Assembly: GCA_963713825.1 (NCBI GenBank)
Contig: CAVQNG010000001.1
Span: 350,272-414,271 of the forward strand
Direction: 5' to 3'
Length of the DNA: 64,000 bases
Source of the DNA: an uncultured Acidobacteriota bacterium
Lineage (GTDB): Bacteria; Acidobacteriota; Thermoanaerobaculia; Multivoradales; JAHEKO01
Shown here: one piece after another, positions 49,086 through 59,557 of the stretch
Layout: each line of letters opens with the position of its first letter
How positions within the stretch are numbered: the first letter of the stretch is position 1
The notes under the pieces: generated by a model
Seen by the model: only the letters and a program-made list of their open reading frames with translations
Databases searched by the model: none
Told to the model about the DNA's origin: nothing
Translations under genes and position numbers: made by a program

Positions 49086-49534
49086 GAGTCCTCTTTCACT
49101 GGCGGCGGCCCTGTGCTTGGAGTGGAGGTCCCTTCTTCCTGGAGGTGCTCACCTGCTCGACAGATCGCGCCGCGGGCCTTACCCTGGATCCAGCCAGCCA
49201 GCTCAGCAACTTCCATTTCGTTGACCCCAGGGCACCCCAATCGCACCACCATAGGTAGATTGACGCCAGACACCACCTCGATCTCACCTGGTTTATGGAA
49301 ACTGGCCGCAACATTGTAAGGGGTACCGCCATACATGTCTGTGAGAATCAAGATACCGCCCGCGCCGTCCAGTTTCGACAAGGCCTCGCGAGTCTTGGCC
49401 GCCGAGTCCTCGAACGTATCGGTCCAGGACAGGCTGAGTGAATCGAATTCGGGCTCTCTGCCGAGGATCATCGCGGCCGCGTCGACCAGTTCTCGGGCCA
49501 GTCCAGCGTGCGTGAGAATCAAAGTGCTGACCAT
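49082..49534 (-). CDS. PTS mannose-type IIA
   Basis: LTHAGLA, TDMYGGTPYN, GVNLPM. Confidence 0.92.
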   Translation of the reverse strand: MVSTLILTHAGLARELVDAAAMILGREPEFDSLSLSWTDTFEDSAAKTREALSKLDGAGGILILTDMYGGTPYNVAASFHKPGEIEVVSGVNLPMVVRLGCPGVNEMEVAELAGWIQGKARGAICRAGEHLQEEGTSTPSTGPPPVKEDS

Positions 49535-49578
49535 GATCGCTACCTCTCGACAACCAGTCTTGTGCAATCGTCCGCCGG

Positions 49579-50454
49579 CTATCTGGCGATGTCGCGGTGG
49601 ATGACCCTGACAGACCAGTCACCTTCTTGCAGCCGAAGCGCCAATTCCTCGGCTACCGCGACCGATCGATGCCGGCCGCCAGTGCAACCGACCGCGACGG
49701 AGACATACGATCGATTCTCTCGGGCATAGCGCGGCAAGAGGAACTGCAGAAGCTCCTCTAGTTTCTGCAAGAGCTCGTGATACTCATCGAGTTTACCGAG
49801 AAATTGCCGCACCGCGGCATCCTGTCCGGTCTGGTCCTTCAGCTCGGGCACGAAATGTGGATTGCTCATGAATCGGACGTCGAAAAGAAGGTCTGCCCCC
49901 GTCGGAATGCCGTGTTTGAATCCGAAGCTCATCAGGGACACGACGGGACCCATCACACCTTCGGTCTTCGTGCTCTCGGCGAATTCGCGAAAGACCTGAT
50001 TTCGAACCTCGTGAATGGACCAATCCGACGTATCCAATACCAGGTCCGCGATGCCGCGAACCTCGGCGAGAAGTTCCCTCTCCTGGCGAATTCCTTCCAA
50101 TAGCGGCCGGTCACCGGCCAACGGATGCGGTCGCCGGGTCTCGGAGAATCGTCGCACGAGGGCTTCTTCAGAAGCATCGAGAAAAAGCAGAGTCACACTC
50201 AGACGACTGCGGTCCATCTCCCTGACGAGCCTCGGAAACTCCTCAGCGAACCCCGGAGCGCGAACATCCGTCACGATGGATATCTGCTCATGCCCCTCGA
50301 CCAACTCGAGTGGGTGACTCAGGAACCGCCGTAGCAACGGTAGCGGGAGATTGTCGACGCAGTAGTAGCCGAGATCCTCGAAGCACTTGGCGACACTGCT
50401 CTTGCCCGAACCGGAAAGGCCCGTGATCAGGACGAGTCGGAGTTCTCTGCTCAC
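49579..50454 (-). CDS. rapZ: RNase adapter RapZ/YvcJ
   Basis: GLSGSGKS, VDNLP, ETRRPHPL, GCTGGRHRSV. Confidence 0.95.
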   Translation of the reverse strand: MSRELRLVLITGLSGSGKSSVAKCFEDLGYYCVDNLPLPLLRRFLSHPLELVEGHEQISIVTDVRAPGFAEEFPRLVREMDRSRLSVTLLFLDASEEALVRRFSETRRPHPLAGDRPLLEGIRQERELLAEVRGIADLVLDTSDWSIHEVRNQVFREFAESTKTEGVMGPVVSLMSFGFKHGIPTGADLLFDVRFMSNPHFVPELKDQTGQDAAVRQFLGKLDEYHELLQKLEELLQFLLPRYARENRSYVSVAVGCTGGRHRSVAVAEELALRLQEGDWSVRVIHRDIAR

Positions 50455-51446
50455 GTATCGAGGTCCGCCGTGGGATGTGCACCGCGCGGACTGCGCTTCT
50501 GGCGACCAAGATCGAGCTGCTCCTCGAGCCGGCGCGCAAATTCCCGGGCCGAGTGATGCCCCTGCAGTTTCAGAACGTGGTTCCGGGTGGCGATCTCGAC
50601 CAAGATCGAGAGATTGCGCCCCAATGCCACTGGCATCTTGATGTAGGGACATGGAGTATCGAGGATCTTGTACAGCGTCTCATCGAGACCCAATCGGTCA
50701 TATGCCCGTTGCTCGTCCCAGGGTTCGAGATCGATAACGAGATCGATCGATTTTCGATCGCGAACGGCGGCGAGCCCAAAAAGATCCTTGACATTGATGA
50801 TGCCGAGCCCCCTCAGCTCCATATGATGACGCAGTGGCTCCTCACAATAGCCCACCAGATCGCCATACGGGTATCGCTTCACCGTCACGCGATCATCTGC
50901 CACCAGGCTGTGGCCACGCGAGATCAGGTCGAGCGCACACTCACTCTTCCCTACCCCACTGTCACCGATCAGCAGCACTCCGAGACCATAGACATCCAAG
51001 AGCACGCCGTGCAGGACTGTGGACGGCACCAGGTGCTCTTCGAGGAAATACCCAACTCGCTTGATGATGAGAGAAGAGAGCGACGGCGAGGAGAAGACGG
51101 GCAGGTCGCGCTCCCGGCACGCATCCAGAAAGCCCGGCAGGGGCTCGAGGCCCTTGGTGATGATGAACACCGGCACCGGCAGCGAGGAGATGTGCTCGAA
51201 GCGCTTTCGACAAGTTTCAACGTCCAGCGTTAGAAGGAACTTGGTCTCACTCTCGCCGATGATCTGCACACGCCCGGGCTTGATGTAGTCGTAGTAACCC
51301 GCGAAGGCCAATCCAGGCTTCTGCACTCGCGGATGCGTGATGCGCTTGTTGAGGTGATCGCTGGCGCAAAGGACCGTGCAATGGAGATCGTTCAACTCCT
51401 GGCCCAGAAGCTCCCGGACCTCGACGTACTCCGAAGGGCTCGTCAC
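50451..51446 (-). CDS. hprK: HPr kinase/phosphorylase
   Basis: GDSGVGKSECAL, LVADD, ELRGLGII. Confidence 0.95.
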   Translation of the reverse strand: MTSPSEYVEVRELLGQELNDLHCTVLCASDHLNKRITHPRVQKPGLAFAGYYDYIKPGRVQIIGESETKFLLTLDVETCRKRFEHISSLPVPVFIITKGLEPLPGFLDACRERDLPVFSSPSLSSLIIKRVGYFLEEHLVPSTVLHGVLLDVYGLGVLLIGDSGVGKSECALDLISRGHSLVADDRVTVKRYPYGDLVGYCEEPLRHHMELRGLGIINVKDLFGLAAVRDRKSIDLVIDLEPWDEQRAYDRLGLDETLYKILDTPCPYIKMPVALGRNLSILVEIATRNHVLKLQGHHSAREFARRLEEQLDLGRQKRSPRGAHPTADLDT

Positions 51447-51889
51447 GTCGAATCGCCCTCTTCCTGGAGAAGCTTCCAGATGTCCTCAGGATGTTCCAGT
51501 TCGAGCAGGCGCTCGACGTGCCGATCCGCTTTGACCCATTTCGAGATTGCCGCGAGCGAGCGCAGATGAGCGGCGGGCTGGTCGGTAGGTGAGACGACGA
51601 GAAAGAACAACCGCACTGGTTTTCCGTCTTCGCTCTCGTACTCGACGCCCTCCTGCGACCGGCCGACGGCCACCAGCACTCGGTCCAAGTTGTCCATCTT
51701 GCAGTGAGGAATGGCCACTCCGCTACCGATAGCGGTAGAGCCCAGCTCCTCCCGCTCGACGAGGCGTTGGTACATTCGATCGGGGTCCACAGCAACGCCA
51801 GACTGTGTCAGGAGGTCGGACATGGAACGCAAGATTCCCGGCCGATCCGTGCCGACAAGGTCCGGAAAGATAAGCTCGCGCCCGGTCAA
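51443..51889 (-). CDS. ptsN: PTS IIA-Ntr
   Basis: REELGSTAIGSGVAIPHC; start uncertain (TTG 51889 or ATG 51979). Confidence 0.9.
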   Translation of the reverse strand: MTGRELIFPDLVGTDRPGILRSMSDLLTQSGVAVDPDRMYQRLVEREELGSTAIGSGVAIPHCKMDNLDRVLVAVGRSQEGVEYESEDGKPVRLFFLVVSPTDQPAAHLRSLAAISKWVKADRHVERLLELEHPEDIWKLLQEEGDST

Positions 51890-51914
51890 CGAGCCGAGGG
51901 ACGGTGGGCTATCG

Positions 51915-52457
51915 CTACTCTGGCGAGATGAGTCCGTAGTGGTTGTCCTTGCGTCTGTAGAGAACGTTGACTTCATCACTCGTTGCGTTGCGAAACACCA
52001 CGAAGCCGTAGTCGCTCTCTTCGAGCTCGATGGCGGCTTCGTCGAGGCTCATCGGCTTGATGCTGATTGCCGTAGACTCCACGATTCGCGGCTCGGTGCC
52101 GATACCGACGGAATCCTGGTCGACAATCTCGAGTGGCCAATGGCTACCGTTGTTGCGGTCCGCCTTTCGTCGCTTGTCCCTGAACTTCTTGCGTGAGCGC
52201 CGAGCTTGCTTTTCCGCCTTGTCGACAGCCAGGTTGATGGCATCGAAGATGTCGTCGGTTTCCTCGTTCGCCTGGATGAGGCCGAATCGGTGAGTAATAT
52301 GAAGATCGGCTGAGCAGCGGTGCTTCTCCTGCTCCATCGTAACCCGGACATCGACCGGTTCGTCCAGGAACTTTCCGACCTTCTGCAGTTTGTCGGCCGT
52401 GAACTCGCGGATCTTGGTGTCTAGCTCGAGGTTGCGCGCAACGTATTCGATATTCAT
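51915..52457 (-). CDS. hpf: Ribosome hibernation factor (long HPF)
   Basis: S30AE domain plus C-terminal KPMSLDEA..NVLYRRKD.YGLI. Confidence 0.93.
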   Translation of the reverse strand: MNIEYVARNLELDTKIREFTADKLQKVGKFLDEPVDVRVTMEQEKHRCSADLHITHRFGLIQANEETDDIFDAINLAVDKAEKQARRSRKKFRDKRRKADRNNGSHWPLEIVDQDSVGIGTEPRIVESTAISIKPMSLDEAAIELEESDYGFVVFRNATSDEVNVLYRRKDNHYGLISPE

Positions 52458-52502
52458 GTCTCTCCTCAATCTAGGTTCCTGTTCAGGTTCTACCCTCCAC
52501 GT

Positions 52503-53975
52503 CTAGAAGATCTGCTTGCGATTGGTGGACGAAGGAACACCTAGCTCGTCGCGGTATTTCGCTACCGTGCGCCGCGCAATGTTGATGCCTTCACGCTGCA
52601 GCATTCGGGTGAGCTCGCTGTCCGACAACGGTCGCTTGGCATCCTCGTCGTGAATGAGTTGTTGGATCTTTCCCTTGACGGTCAGCGATGAGATATCCGA
52701 GCCGTACTCGCGATCGATCCCGCTGTGGAAGAAGAACTTCATCGGGAAGAGGCCCCGAGGTGTGTGCATGTACTTGTTCGACACTACCCGACTGACGGTC
52801 GACTCGTGCATCCCGATATCGTCGGCCACATCTCTGAGCACCATCGGTCGCAGGTACTCGATGCCCCGCTCCAGAAAGGCCTGCTGCTGGCGCACGATGG
52901 AATCCGACACCTTGTAGATGGTGCGCTGCCGTTGATCGAGGCTCTTGATCAGCCATATAGCCGAACGCAGCTTCTCTTTGATGAACTGCCTGGCGTCGGC
53001 CTGCTTGCCGTCCCCCATCATGTTTCGCAGCATTCTTCGATAGGAGTTACTGATCCGCAGTCGTGGCATTCCATCGTCATTCAACAGAATGACGTACTTC
53101 CCACTGACTTTGGCGATGTGCACATCGGGCTCGACATAGTGGGTTCGCTCGGTGTTGAATTTCCGTCCCGGTCTCAGCTGCAGGCCACGGATGCTATCTA
53201 CCACTGGCTCCAATTCGGAGAGTGGCATTTCGAACTCCCGGGCGATCTGCTGAAACTGTCGCTTGAGGAACAGATCCCATGCCTCTTCGACGACCCTCCG
53301 AGCCAGGGAGTTGGCCGGCTCCCCTCGAGCGTCGAGTTGGCGCGACAGACTCTCTTGCAGACTCTGGCATGCCACGCCAGGGGGGTCGAAGCTCTGGACC
53401 AGGCGAAGAGCTTCCTCGACGTGATCCGCGGTGTAGGTAAGACCAGGTTCCTCCTGCCAGCCCATCAACTGCAGCTCCTCTTTGCTCGCCACGAGAAACC
53501 CGTCGGGATCCAGATTGCCGATGATGACCTCCGCGATCTCACGCTGCTGCTCAGATACGTCTGTCATGTGCAGCTGCCACAGAAGGTGATCGTAGAGATC
53601 CGGTTCCCGAGTGAGTGTGTTCTCGAGTGGAGGTGCTTCCCGTGCTTCGAACATCGGTGGGCCTGTCGAGCCCTCCAGGTAGTCGTTGAAATAGGCATCG
53701 AGATCGATGTCATCCATCGACTCCTGATGGTCCAACTCCTCGCTGGCAACTTCCTCTGCCTTAGGCTCGGCAGCTTCCTCTTCTTCTTCGCTGGGTGTCT
53801 CGCTCTCGAAGGTCTCGTCACCCTCCTCGAGCACAGGATTCTCGACCAACTCCTGAGCTACCACGGTCTGCAGCTCCATGCGGGTCATCTGTAGCAGCTT
53901 GATCGCCTGCTGCAGCGACGGCGTCATGACCAGCTTCTGGGACAGCTTGAGTGAGAGTTTTTGCTCGAGCGCCAT
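52503..53975 (-). CDS. rpoN: RNA polymerase sigma-54
   Basis: LQQAIKLLQ, HESTVSR, RpoN box ARRTVAKYR. Confidence 0.97.
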   Translation of the reverse strand: MALEQKLSLKLSQKLVMTPSLQQAIKLLQMTRMELQTVVAQELVENPVLEEGDETFESETPSEEEEEAAEPKAEEVASEELDHQESMDDIDLDAYFNDYLEGSTGPPMFEAREAPPLENTLTREPDLYDHLLWQLHMTDVSEQQREIAEVIIGNLDPDGFLVASKEELQLMGWQEEPGLTYTADHVEEALRLVQSFDPPGVACQSLQESLSRQLDARGEPANSLARRVVEEAWDLFLKRQFQQIAREFEMPLSELEPVVDSIRGLQLRPGRKFNTERTHYVEPDVHIAKVSGKYVILLNDDGMPRLRISNSYRRMLRNMMGDGKQADARQFIKEKLRSAIWLIKSLDQRQRTIYKVSDSIVRQQQAFLERGIEYLRPMVLRDVADDIGMHESTVSRVVSNKYMHTPRGLFPMKFFFHSGIDREYGSDISSLTVKGKIQQLIHDEDAKRPLSDSELTRMLQREGINIARRTVAKYRDELGVPSSTNRKQIF

Positions 53976-53986
53976 TCGCCTTCAGC

Positions 53987-54718
53987 CTAAAGAGTGAAGT
54001 CTTCCCCTAAGTAGATTTTGCGGACTTGTGGATCGGAAGAGAGCTCTTCAGGAGCCCCGAATCGGAGGATTTCACCATTGTTGATGATATAGGCGCGGTC
54101 GGTGATTTTCAATGTTTCCCGCACGTTGTGGTCGGTAATCAGCACGCCGATTCCCATGGCTTTGAGCTGTTTCACGATCTTCTGAATGTCGATTACAGCG
54201 ATGGGATCGATGCCGGCGAAGGGCTCGTCCAACAGAATGTAGGAAGGGCTCAAGACCAGGGCGCGAGCAATCTCGACCCGTCGACGCTCACCGCCCGAGA
54301 GAGCATAGCCCTCGGTCTTCCGAACTGTCTCGAGACCGAAGTGACGAATCAGCTGTTCTGTGCGCCGTTCCTGCTCCTTCTGGGGAATCTCGAGCGTCTC
54401 GAAGATCGCCCGCAAGTTGTCTTCGACGCTCAGTTTCCGAAAGACCGACGGCTCCTGGGGGAGGTAGCTGATGCCGCGCTTCGCCCGCAAGTACATGGGC
54501 AACTCGGTGATGTTCTGCTGGCCGAGAAAGACGTTCCCGGAATCGGGCTGCGTCAGGCCTACGACCATATAGAAAGTCGTCGTCTTCCCCGCACCGTTCG
54601 GACCCAACAGTCCGACGATCTCCCCAGGGTGCACCTCGATGGACACATCGTCGACCACGGCGCGGCCGGAATAGACCTTTTTCAGGTTGCGGGTGCCAAG
54701 AACTGGAGGCCCGGTCAT
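53987..54718 (-). CDS. lptB: LPS export ATPase
   Basis: [31 protein letters not shown]. Confidence 0.96.
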   Translation of the reverse strand: MTGPPVLGTRNLKKVYSGRAVVDDVSIEVHPGEIVGLLGPNGAGKTTTFYMVVGLTQPDSGNVFLGQQNITELPMYLRAKRGISYLPQEPSVFRKLSVEDNLRAIFETLEIPQKEQERRTEQLIRHFGLETVRKTEGYALSGGERRRVEIARALVLSPSYILLDEPFAGIDPIAVIDIQKIVKQLKAMGIGVLITDHNVRETLKITDRAYIINNGEILRFGAPEELSSDPQVRKIYLGEDFTL

Positions 54719-56748
54719 GGCTCTCCTTCCCCGTCATCTTCGGAGCTTTCGACCGCACGATTCTCGCTTCTGACTCGCGCCGTACCGGTCACGAAGTCAT
54801 AGAGCAACTCTTTGCCCTGAATTCGACCCCCTTTACCATCGATCATCACGACCGGGTTGCCTGTCACCGTGGCTTGCTCATCATCCGGACGATAGACCAT
54901 GCGATCACCAGTCACGACGTGGCCGGTCTCGCCGTCCTCCAAGCGGACAGACCCCAAGCAGATGATCTCATCGAATTCATCCTCTGCGCTGAGGTGCGCC
55001 TGGATTTCGTCACTCGACATGATGCGCTTCGATTGGACTGCCCGCGCTTCGCCGGAGTACGTCAAGACTCTGGCGTTCTGGTCGTAGACCAAGCCACTTG
55101 CGGTCACCTCCAGGGGTTCTGCAGGCAGCTTCGAGGCGAGATCGTCTTCGCTCCTGGCGGTATCCTCCTCCTCGCTTTGAGCTGGACGCCAGACGGTCTT
55201 GACACCACCCGAGGCAAGGAGTCGGGACGTTTGTATCTCGCCGGTCAGTGTGTCTGCCAGCATGAAGTTCTCGCCCTGCCAGGCGCGGACATCATCGGTA
55301 AACGAGACGGTTCCAGCCAGGTCGGACCAGATCGCTTCTCTCGCCTCGATCCGGATCGGCTCGCTCGGAGACGAGCCTCCAAGTGCTGATCCGGTGCCGG
55401 AGCCTTGATACAGCACCGCTTTGGCGGGCTCACCGGCTCGTACCTCCTGGCTCTGACCGTCGTACACAATGCGCGGCGCTCTCAATTCACCCTGCTCCCG
55501 CAGAGCCCAAGCGGGCTCACCGGTCAGAACGACTTCGCTCTCGGGATCGGCCATATCCACCCTGTCACCGGTCGCCTGCAGGTCATCTCCATGCAGCTCC
55601 ACATCGCCCTCCAAAGAGAAGGAGTCCAATTCACCCTTGGCGAAGTTGGCAACTGCAGAGTCTCCACAAGCACTGCGCAGGATGATCTCGGGATCGACAT
55701 CCAGAAACTCGTCCATCTCCACGCCATCCAGACCTTGAGCCTGCCGCAGATCGCCATCGGTGAAGTCTCCTACGAGGTAGTCTGCTTTGATTCGTCGGCG
55801 CAGACCTGAGGCATCCTTCACTGACAGGACCGCCGGCCCATAGGGACCTCTCAAGAGCTCGGCTTTCTTCGGCACCTCGGGATCACCCTCGAGGGTAACG
55901 GAGAGCTCGCGTCCCTCGAGAGTGACGATGCTTGTCGAGCCATCCTCAGCGGGTTGCAGGAAGCCTCCGAAGACATCCCAACGGGCCTGAATGAACTCGA
56001 TTCGCCGTTCGTCCTGAGACAGCGTCACAGTCAGCCTTCGGGTCCGTAAATAGTCGTCCCCCCTGCGCAGCCGAACTGAGCCCTCGGCACGCAGCAACCG
56101 ACGATCACGCTCGAAGGCGAAGCGCCGACACTGCAGTGACATCGGACTGGCATCGCCGGACAAAGTCTCGACGCTGACATGGCCGGCGAGAATGAAGATA
56201 TTGCGACCTGGAGTGATCCTGAGTCGATCTGCCTTACCGCGAAATCGGTCCAGAAAACGGAATCGCACCGGCGAAGAGCTGACGATTATCCTGCCGTCGT
56301 CGACCAACTCGAGTCCGTCCGCTGTCAGATAGACGCCCTGTGGCCCGGAAAACTGTACGTTGCCGCGGAAGGAGGCTGCCTGGGTCTCGAGATTGTAGAG
56401 AGCGCTGTCACTGCGGAGGCTGTACTCACCTTCGTCCTGCCGTACCATCGTCAGCTCGACACCCTGCAACTCGTAGTCGTCCTCCTGCATCGACAGAACC
56501 CGTTCGGCCTTCACATGAATGACTTTTCGACCACTCCGACTAACCTCGTAGTCGAAGCCTTCACCGGAGAATTGGAGCTCTGTATCGGCATTGTCGAGCA
56601 AACTGCCGGTGCTGGAGCGTACGGCTTCGGGTCTGCCCATCCGACCCAGAAAATACAGACCTATCACCGCTACCAGAAACCCGACCAGAGCCACGAGGAG
56701 GGCTCGTCGAATCAGACGGATCGGGAGTTCGCGAGGAGGCTTAGCCAT
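54715..56748 (-). CDS. Long LptC/LptA-like beta-jellyroll protein (677 aa)
   Basis: N-terminal TM helix, repeated OstA-like strands, directly upstream of lptB. Confidence 0.8.
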   Translation of the reverse strand: MAKPPRELPIRLIRRALLVALVGFLVAVIGLYFLGRMGRPEAVRSSTGSLLDNADTELQFSGEGFDYEVSRSGRKVIHVKAERVLSMQEDDYELQGVELTMVRQDEGEYSLRSDSALYNLETQAASFRGNVQFSGPQGVYLTADGLELVDDGRIIVSSSPVRFRFLDRFRGKADRLRITPGRNIFILAGHVSVETLSGDASPMSLQCRRFAFERDRRLLRAEGSVRLRRGDDYLRTRRLTVTLSQDERRIEFIQARWDVFGGFLQPAEDGSTSIVTLEGRELSVTLEGDPEVPKKAELLRGPYGPAVLSVKDASGLRRRIKADYLVGDFTDGDLRQAQGLDGVEMDEFLDVDPEIILRSACGDSAVANFAKGELDSFSLEGDVELHGDDLQATGDRVDMADPESEVVLTGEPAWALREQGELRAPRIVYDGQSQEVRAGEPAKAVLYQGSGTGSALGGSSPSEPIRIEAREAIWSDLAGTVSFTDDVRAWQGENFMLADTLTGEIQTSRLLASGGVKTVWRPAQSEEEDTARSEDDLASKLPAEPLEVTASGLVYDQNARVLTYSGEARAVQSKRIMSSDEIQAHLSAEDEFDEIICLGSVRLEDGETGHVVTGDRMVYRPDDEQATVTGNPVVMIDGKGGRIQGKELLYDFVTGTARVRSENRAVESSEDDGEGEP

Positions 56749-58489
56749 CAGGGTTCATTCTACGTGGCACGGCACCTTCGTGGGCACTCGTTTCTGCATG
56801 CCGCTCCCAGGGCCGGGCATCCACCAGACGAAGGACAGGCCTCTTTGTATAGTCGTTCATCTCCAAACAGCCGAGAACCTCGAATGAACCTTCGAGGTCT
56901 GCTGCCCGATCTGCCCAACCCCATCCCAGCAAGTCGATCGGTGCCCCGTCCTCTCCTTCTGCAGCTATCCCGAGGTGCCCTTTTCCGAAGAGGCGAGGGC
57001 GGCCCTTCGCGATCAGGGGCCCGACGCGCAGCACTGGTTGCTGGTTGCCAATTCCGAATGGCTCGAGGCACCCGAGCTGCGCTACCAACTCGTTGTTCAG
57101 GGCCGACACCGGCATCTCCAGCTCGAATCGATACTCCCTGGTAAGAGTCTCTTCGTCCCACAGCTCTTGCGCTTTGTCTTCCCACAGCGTTCGCAGTCCT
57201 TCGAGCCTCTGCGCCGGGACCTTGATGCCGATGGCCTGAGCATGTCCGCCGAACCGCTCGTACTCTCCTGTCCAGAGCCCAAGGAACTCATGCAGATGAA
57301 TATCGCTGATGCTCCTCCCGGAGCCCGTCGCCCACTCCCCCTCGACACTGAAGAGCACGGTAGGTCTGTGAAATTTCCGCGCGACTCTTCCCGCCGCGAT
57401 CCCGACGACTCCAGGATGCCAGTCGTCGCTCCAGGACACGAGGACGGGCGGCAGGGGATCTCTGCCTGCGAAGATCTCCAGAGCCTCCTCGAAGGCCCGT
57501 TTCTCCGCCGCCTGGCGAGACCGATTCCATTCGTCGAGGTGTTCGGCGAGTGACGCGGCCCGGTTGCGGTCTCTCGTCATCAGCAATTCCAGGGCATCAT
57601 CCGGGCGCGACATTCTGCCGGCGGCATTGAGCCGGGGCCCGATGCGAAAGCCGACATCGCTGGCCGTTACCGGCACGCGAACATCCGCTCGTCCTATCAG
57701 CTCTTTCAAACCAACGGAGCGGGTTCTGCCGAGCTCCTCCAAGCCCACCGCAGCTATGGTCCGGTTCTCGCCCACGAGCGGCACCATGTCGCAGATGGTT
57801 CCCAAGCAGGCGACTCGCAGCAAGGCGCCGACTTCGATCGAACGGTCGAACTCGTCACACACTGCCAAGGCGAGCTTCAACGCGACTCCGGCTCCCGCGA
57901 GGTTGGGGGACGCGTAGTCGTGCTGTCGTTTCGGGTTGATCTCTATCACCCCTGAAATCGGCTCCGAATCCGGCAAATGATGGTCGGTGACGATCACATC
58001 GATGCCACCGACCTGGGCTGCTTCGACTGCCTCGACAGCTGTCGTGCCGCAGTCTGCCGTAACGATGAGTGAGCAACCCGACTGCCGCGCTCGCTCGACA
58101 TGCAGCGCCTGGAAGCCATACCCCTCGTCGAGACGGTTCGGCAGGATGGCCTCGGCCTCGAGTCCCGAGGCCCGAAAAACCGCCAACAGAAGCGCGGTCG
58201 CGGAGATGCCATCCACGTCGTAGTCTCCGACGATGGCAATCTTCTCGCAGCGTTCTCGCGCTGTCCGAATTCGCTCGACAGCCGCCGAGATTCCCTGTAG
58301 GTCGCTAGGTGGAAGCAGGTTCTCTGCTCGCGGGTTCAAGAAGGTGTCAGCGGACTCGAGATCGGCAACTCCCCGTCGTGCCAAGAGCACCGCGAGCCAC
58401 GCTGGGGTCCCGCCCTCTTCGAGAATCCCTGCTGACTCGGGAATCGGAGCCGGTGTCCAGCGTCGGGTTGGCTGGGAAGGCAATGGCAT
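56741..58489 (-). CDS. recJ: ssDNA exonuclease RecJ
   Basis: GDYDVDG, TDHH, PRLNAAGR, GGHAQA. Confidence 0.95.
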   Translation of the reverse strand: MPLPSQPTRRWTPAPIPESAGILEEGGTPAWLAVLLARRGVADLESADTFLNPRAENLLPPSDLQGISAAVERIRTARERCEKIAIVGDYDVDGISATALLLAVFRASGLEAEAILPNRLDEGYGFQALHVERARQSGCSLIVTADCGTTAVEAVEAAQVGGIDVIVTDHHLPDSEPISGVIEINPKRQHDYASPNLAGAGVALKLALAVCDEFDRSIEVGALLRVACLGTICDMVPLVGENRTIAAVGLEELGRTRSVGLKELIGRADVRVPVTASDVGFRIGPRLNAAGRMSRPDDALELLMTRDRNRAASLAEHLDEWNRSRQAAEKRAFEEALEIFAGRDPLPPVLVSWSDDWHPGVVGIAAGRVARKFHRPTVLFSVEGEWATGSGRSISDIHLHEFLGLWTGEYERFGGHAQAIGIKVPAQRLEGLRTLWEDKAQELWDEETLTREYRFELEMPVSALNNELVAQLGCLEPFGIGNQQPVLRVGPLIAKGRPRLFGKGHLGIAAEGEDGAPIDLLGWGWADRAADLEGSFEVLGCLEMNDYTKRPVLRLVDARPWERHAETSAHEGAVPRRMNPDG

Positions 58490-58534
58490 CGGGGTCGAGG
58501 TCGGTTCGCTGCATGCTTGCAGCGCCTCGGAATC

Positions 58535-59488
58535 CTACCGTTCCTCGAACTCACCCAGAGCTCGGAACCGATCGTACCTCTGCTGCACGAGCTGTTCCGG
58601 TGTCAGACGTTCAAGCTCCTCGAGGGCTGTGGAGATCTTCTCGCCAACGCGCCGGCAGGTCTCGGCAATTTCTGCATGGGCTCCACCCATGGGCTCGGGG
58701 ATGACCCCGTCGACGAGACCCAACTCCAAGAGGTCCGGTGCCGTCAGCCGCATGGCTTCGGCTGCCACCTCTCGTTGCTCCTGGTCCTTCCAAAGAATCG
58801 CGGCACAGCCTTCAGGCGAGATCACCGAGTAGGTCGAGTACTCGAGCATGAAGACCCGGTTGCCCACACCAAGAGCCAGGGCGCCGCCGCTGCCGCCTTC
58901 CCCCGTAATCGTGGCCACGATGGGAACACGCAGGCGCGCCATTTCGAACAGATTACGGGCGATCGCCTCGGCCTGCCCACGTTCCTCCGCGCCGACGCCC
59001 GGATAGGCGCCCGGGGTGTCGATGAGCGTCAGGATCGGCAGTTCGAACTTCTCCGCCAAGCGCATGACTCGAAGCGCCTTGCGATACCCCTCGGGCCGGG
59101 GCTGGCCGAAGTTCCGGTCGATCCGGTCCTTGGTGCCGCGCCCCTTCTGATGCCCGATGATCGCCACCGAACGGCCCTGAAACGTCGCCAACCCGGCCAC
59201 AATCGCGGGGTCATCGGCGAAGGCCCGATCGCCATGAATCTCCACCCAGTTCTCGGTCAGGGTTTCTACATAGTCCAGAGTGTGCGGCCGGTCTCGGTGC
59301 CGGGCGACAAGGGTCTTCTCCCAGCGGCTCAAGCTGCCGTAGATCTCTTTCGTCTTCTTGGTCAGCTGAGTGCGAAGCGCCTCGAGCTCCTTGCGGCGCC
59401 CGGTTCCTTCCGGATAGCTCTCCAACTCGTCCAGCCGTTGACGCAGCTCGATCAGGGGCTCTTCGAATGGCACATCTTGGGAAGCCAT
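58535..59488 (-). CDS. accA: Acetyl-CoA carboxylase carboxyltransferase alpha
   Basis: HGDR..DD, PEGYRKA, GEGGSGGAL, SVISPEGCA. Confidence 0.96.
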   Translation of the reverse strand: MASQDVPFEEPLIELRQRLDELESYPEGTGRRKELEALRTQLTKKTKEIYGSLSRWEKTLVARHRDRPHTLDYVETLTENWVEIHGDRAFADDPAIVAGLATFQGRSVAIIGHQKGRGTKDRIDRNFGQPRPEGYRKALRVMRLAEKFELPILTLIDTPGAYPGVGAEERGQAEAIARNLFEMARLRVPIVATITGEGGSGGALALGVGNRVFMLEYSTYSVISPEGCAAILWKDQEQREVAAEAMRLTAPDLLELGLVDGVIPEPMGGAHAEIAETCRRVGEKISTALEELERLTPEQLVQQRYDRFRALGEFEER

Positions 59489-59557
59489 GACTTTGGCGAC
59501 GCTAGCAAAGGCCACCTGGTGAGTCAATTCGACGGTACGGTGTAGCAATTCAGAAAC

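Noticed and set aside
52475-52490. Three GTTC repeats upstream of hpf as a LexA-type box
   Set aside because: Spacing (N2 and N8) does not fit GTTC-N7-GTTC
54167-54185. TGTTTCACG half-match to canonical parS inside lptB
   Set aside because: Second half absent and lies in coding sequence
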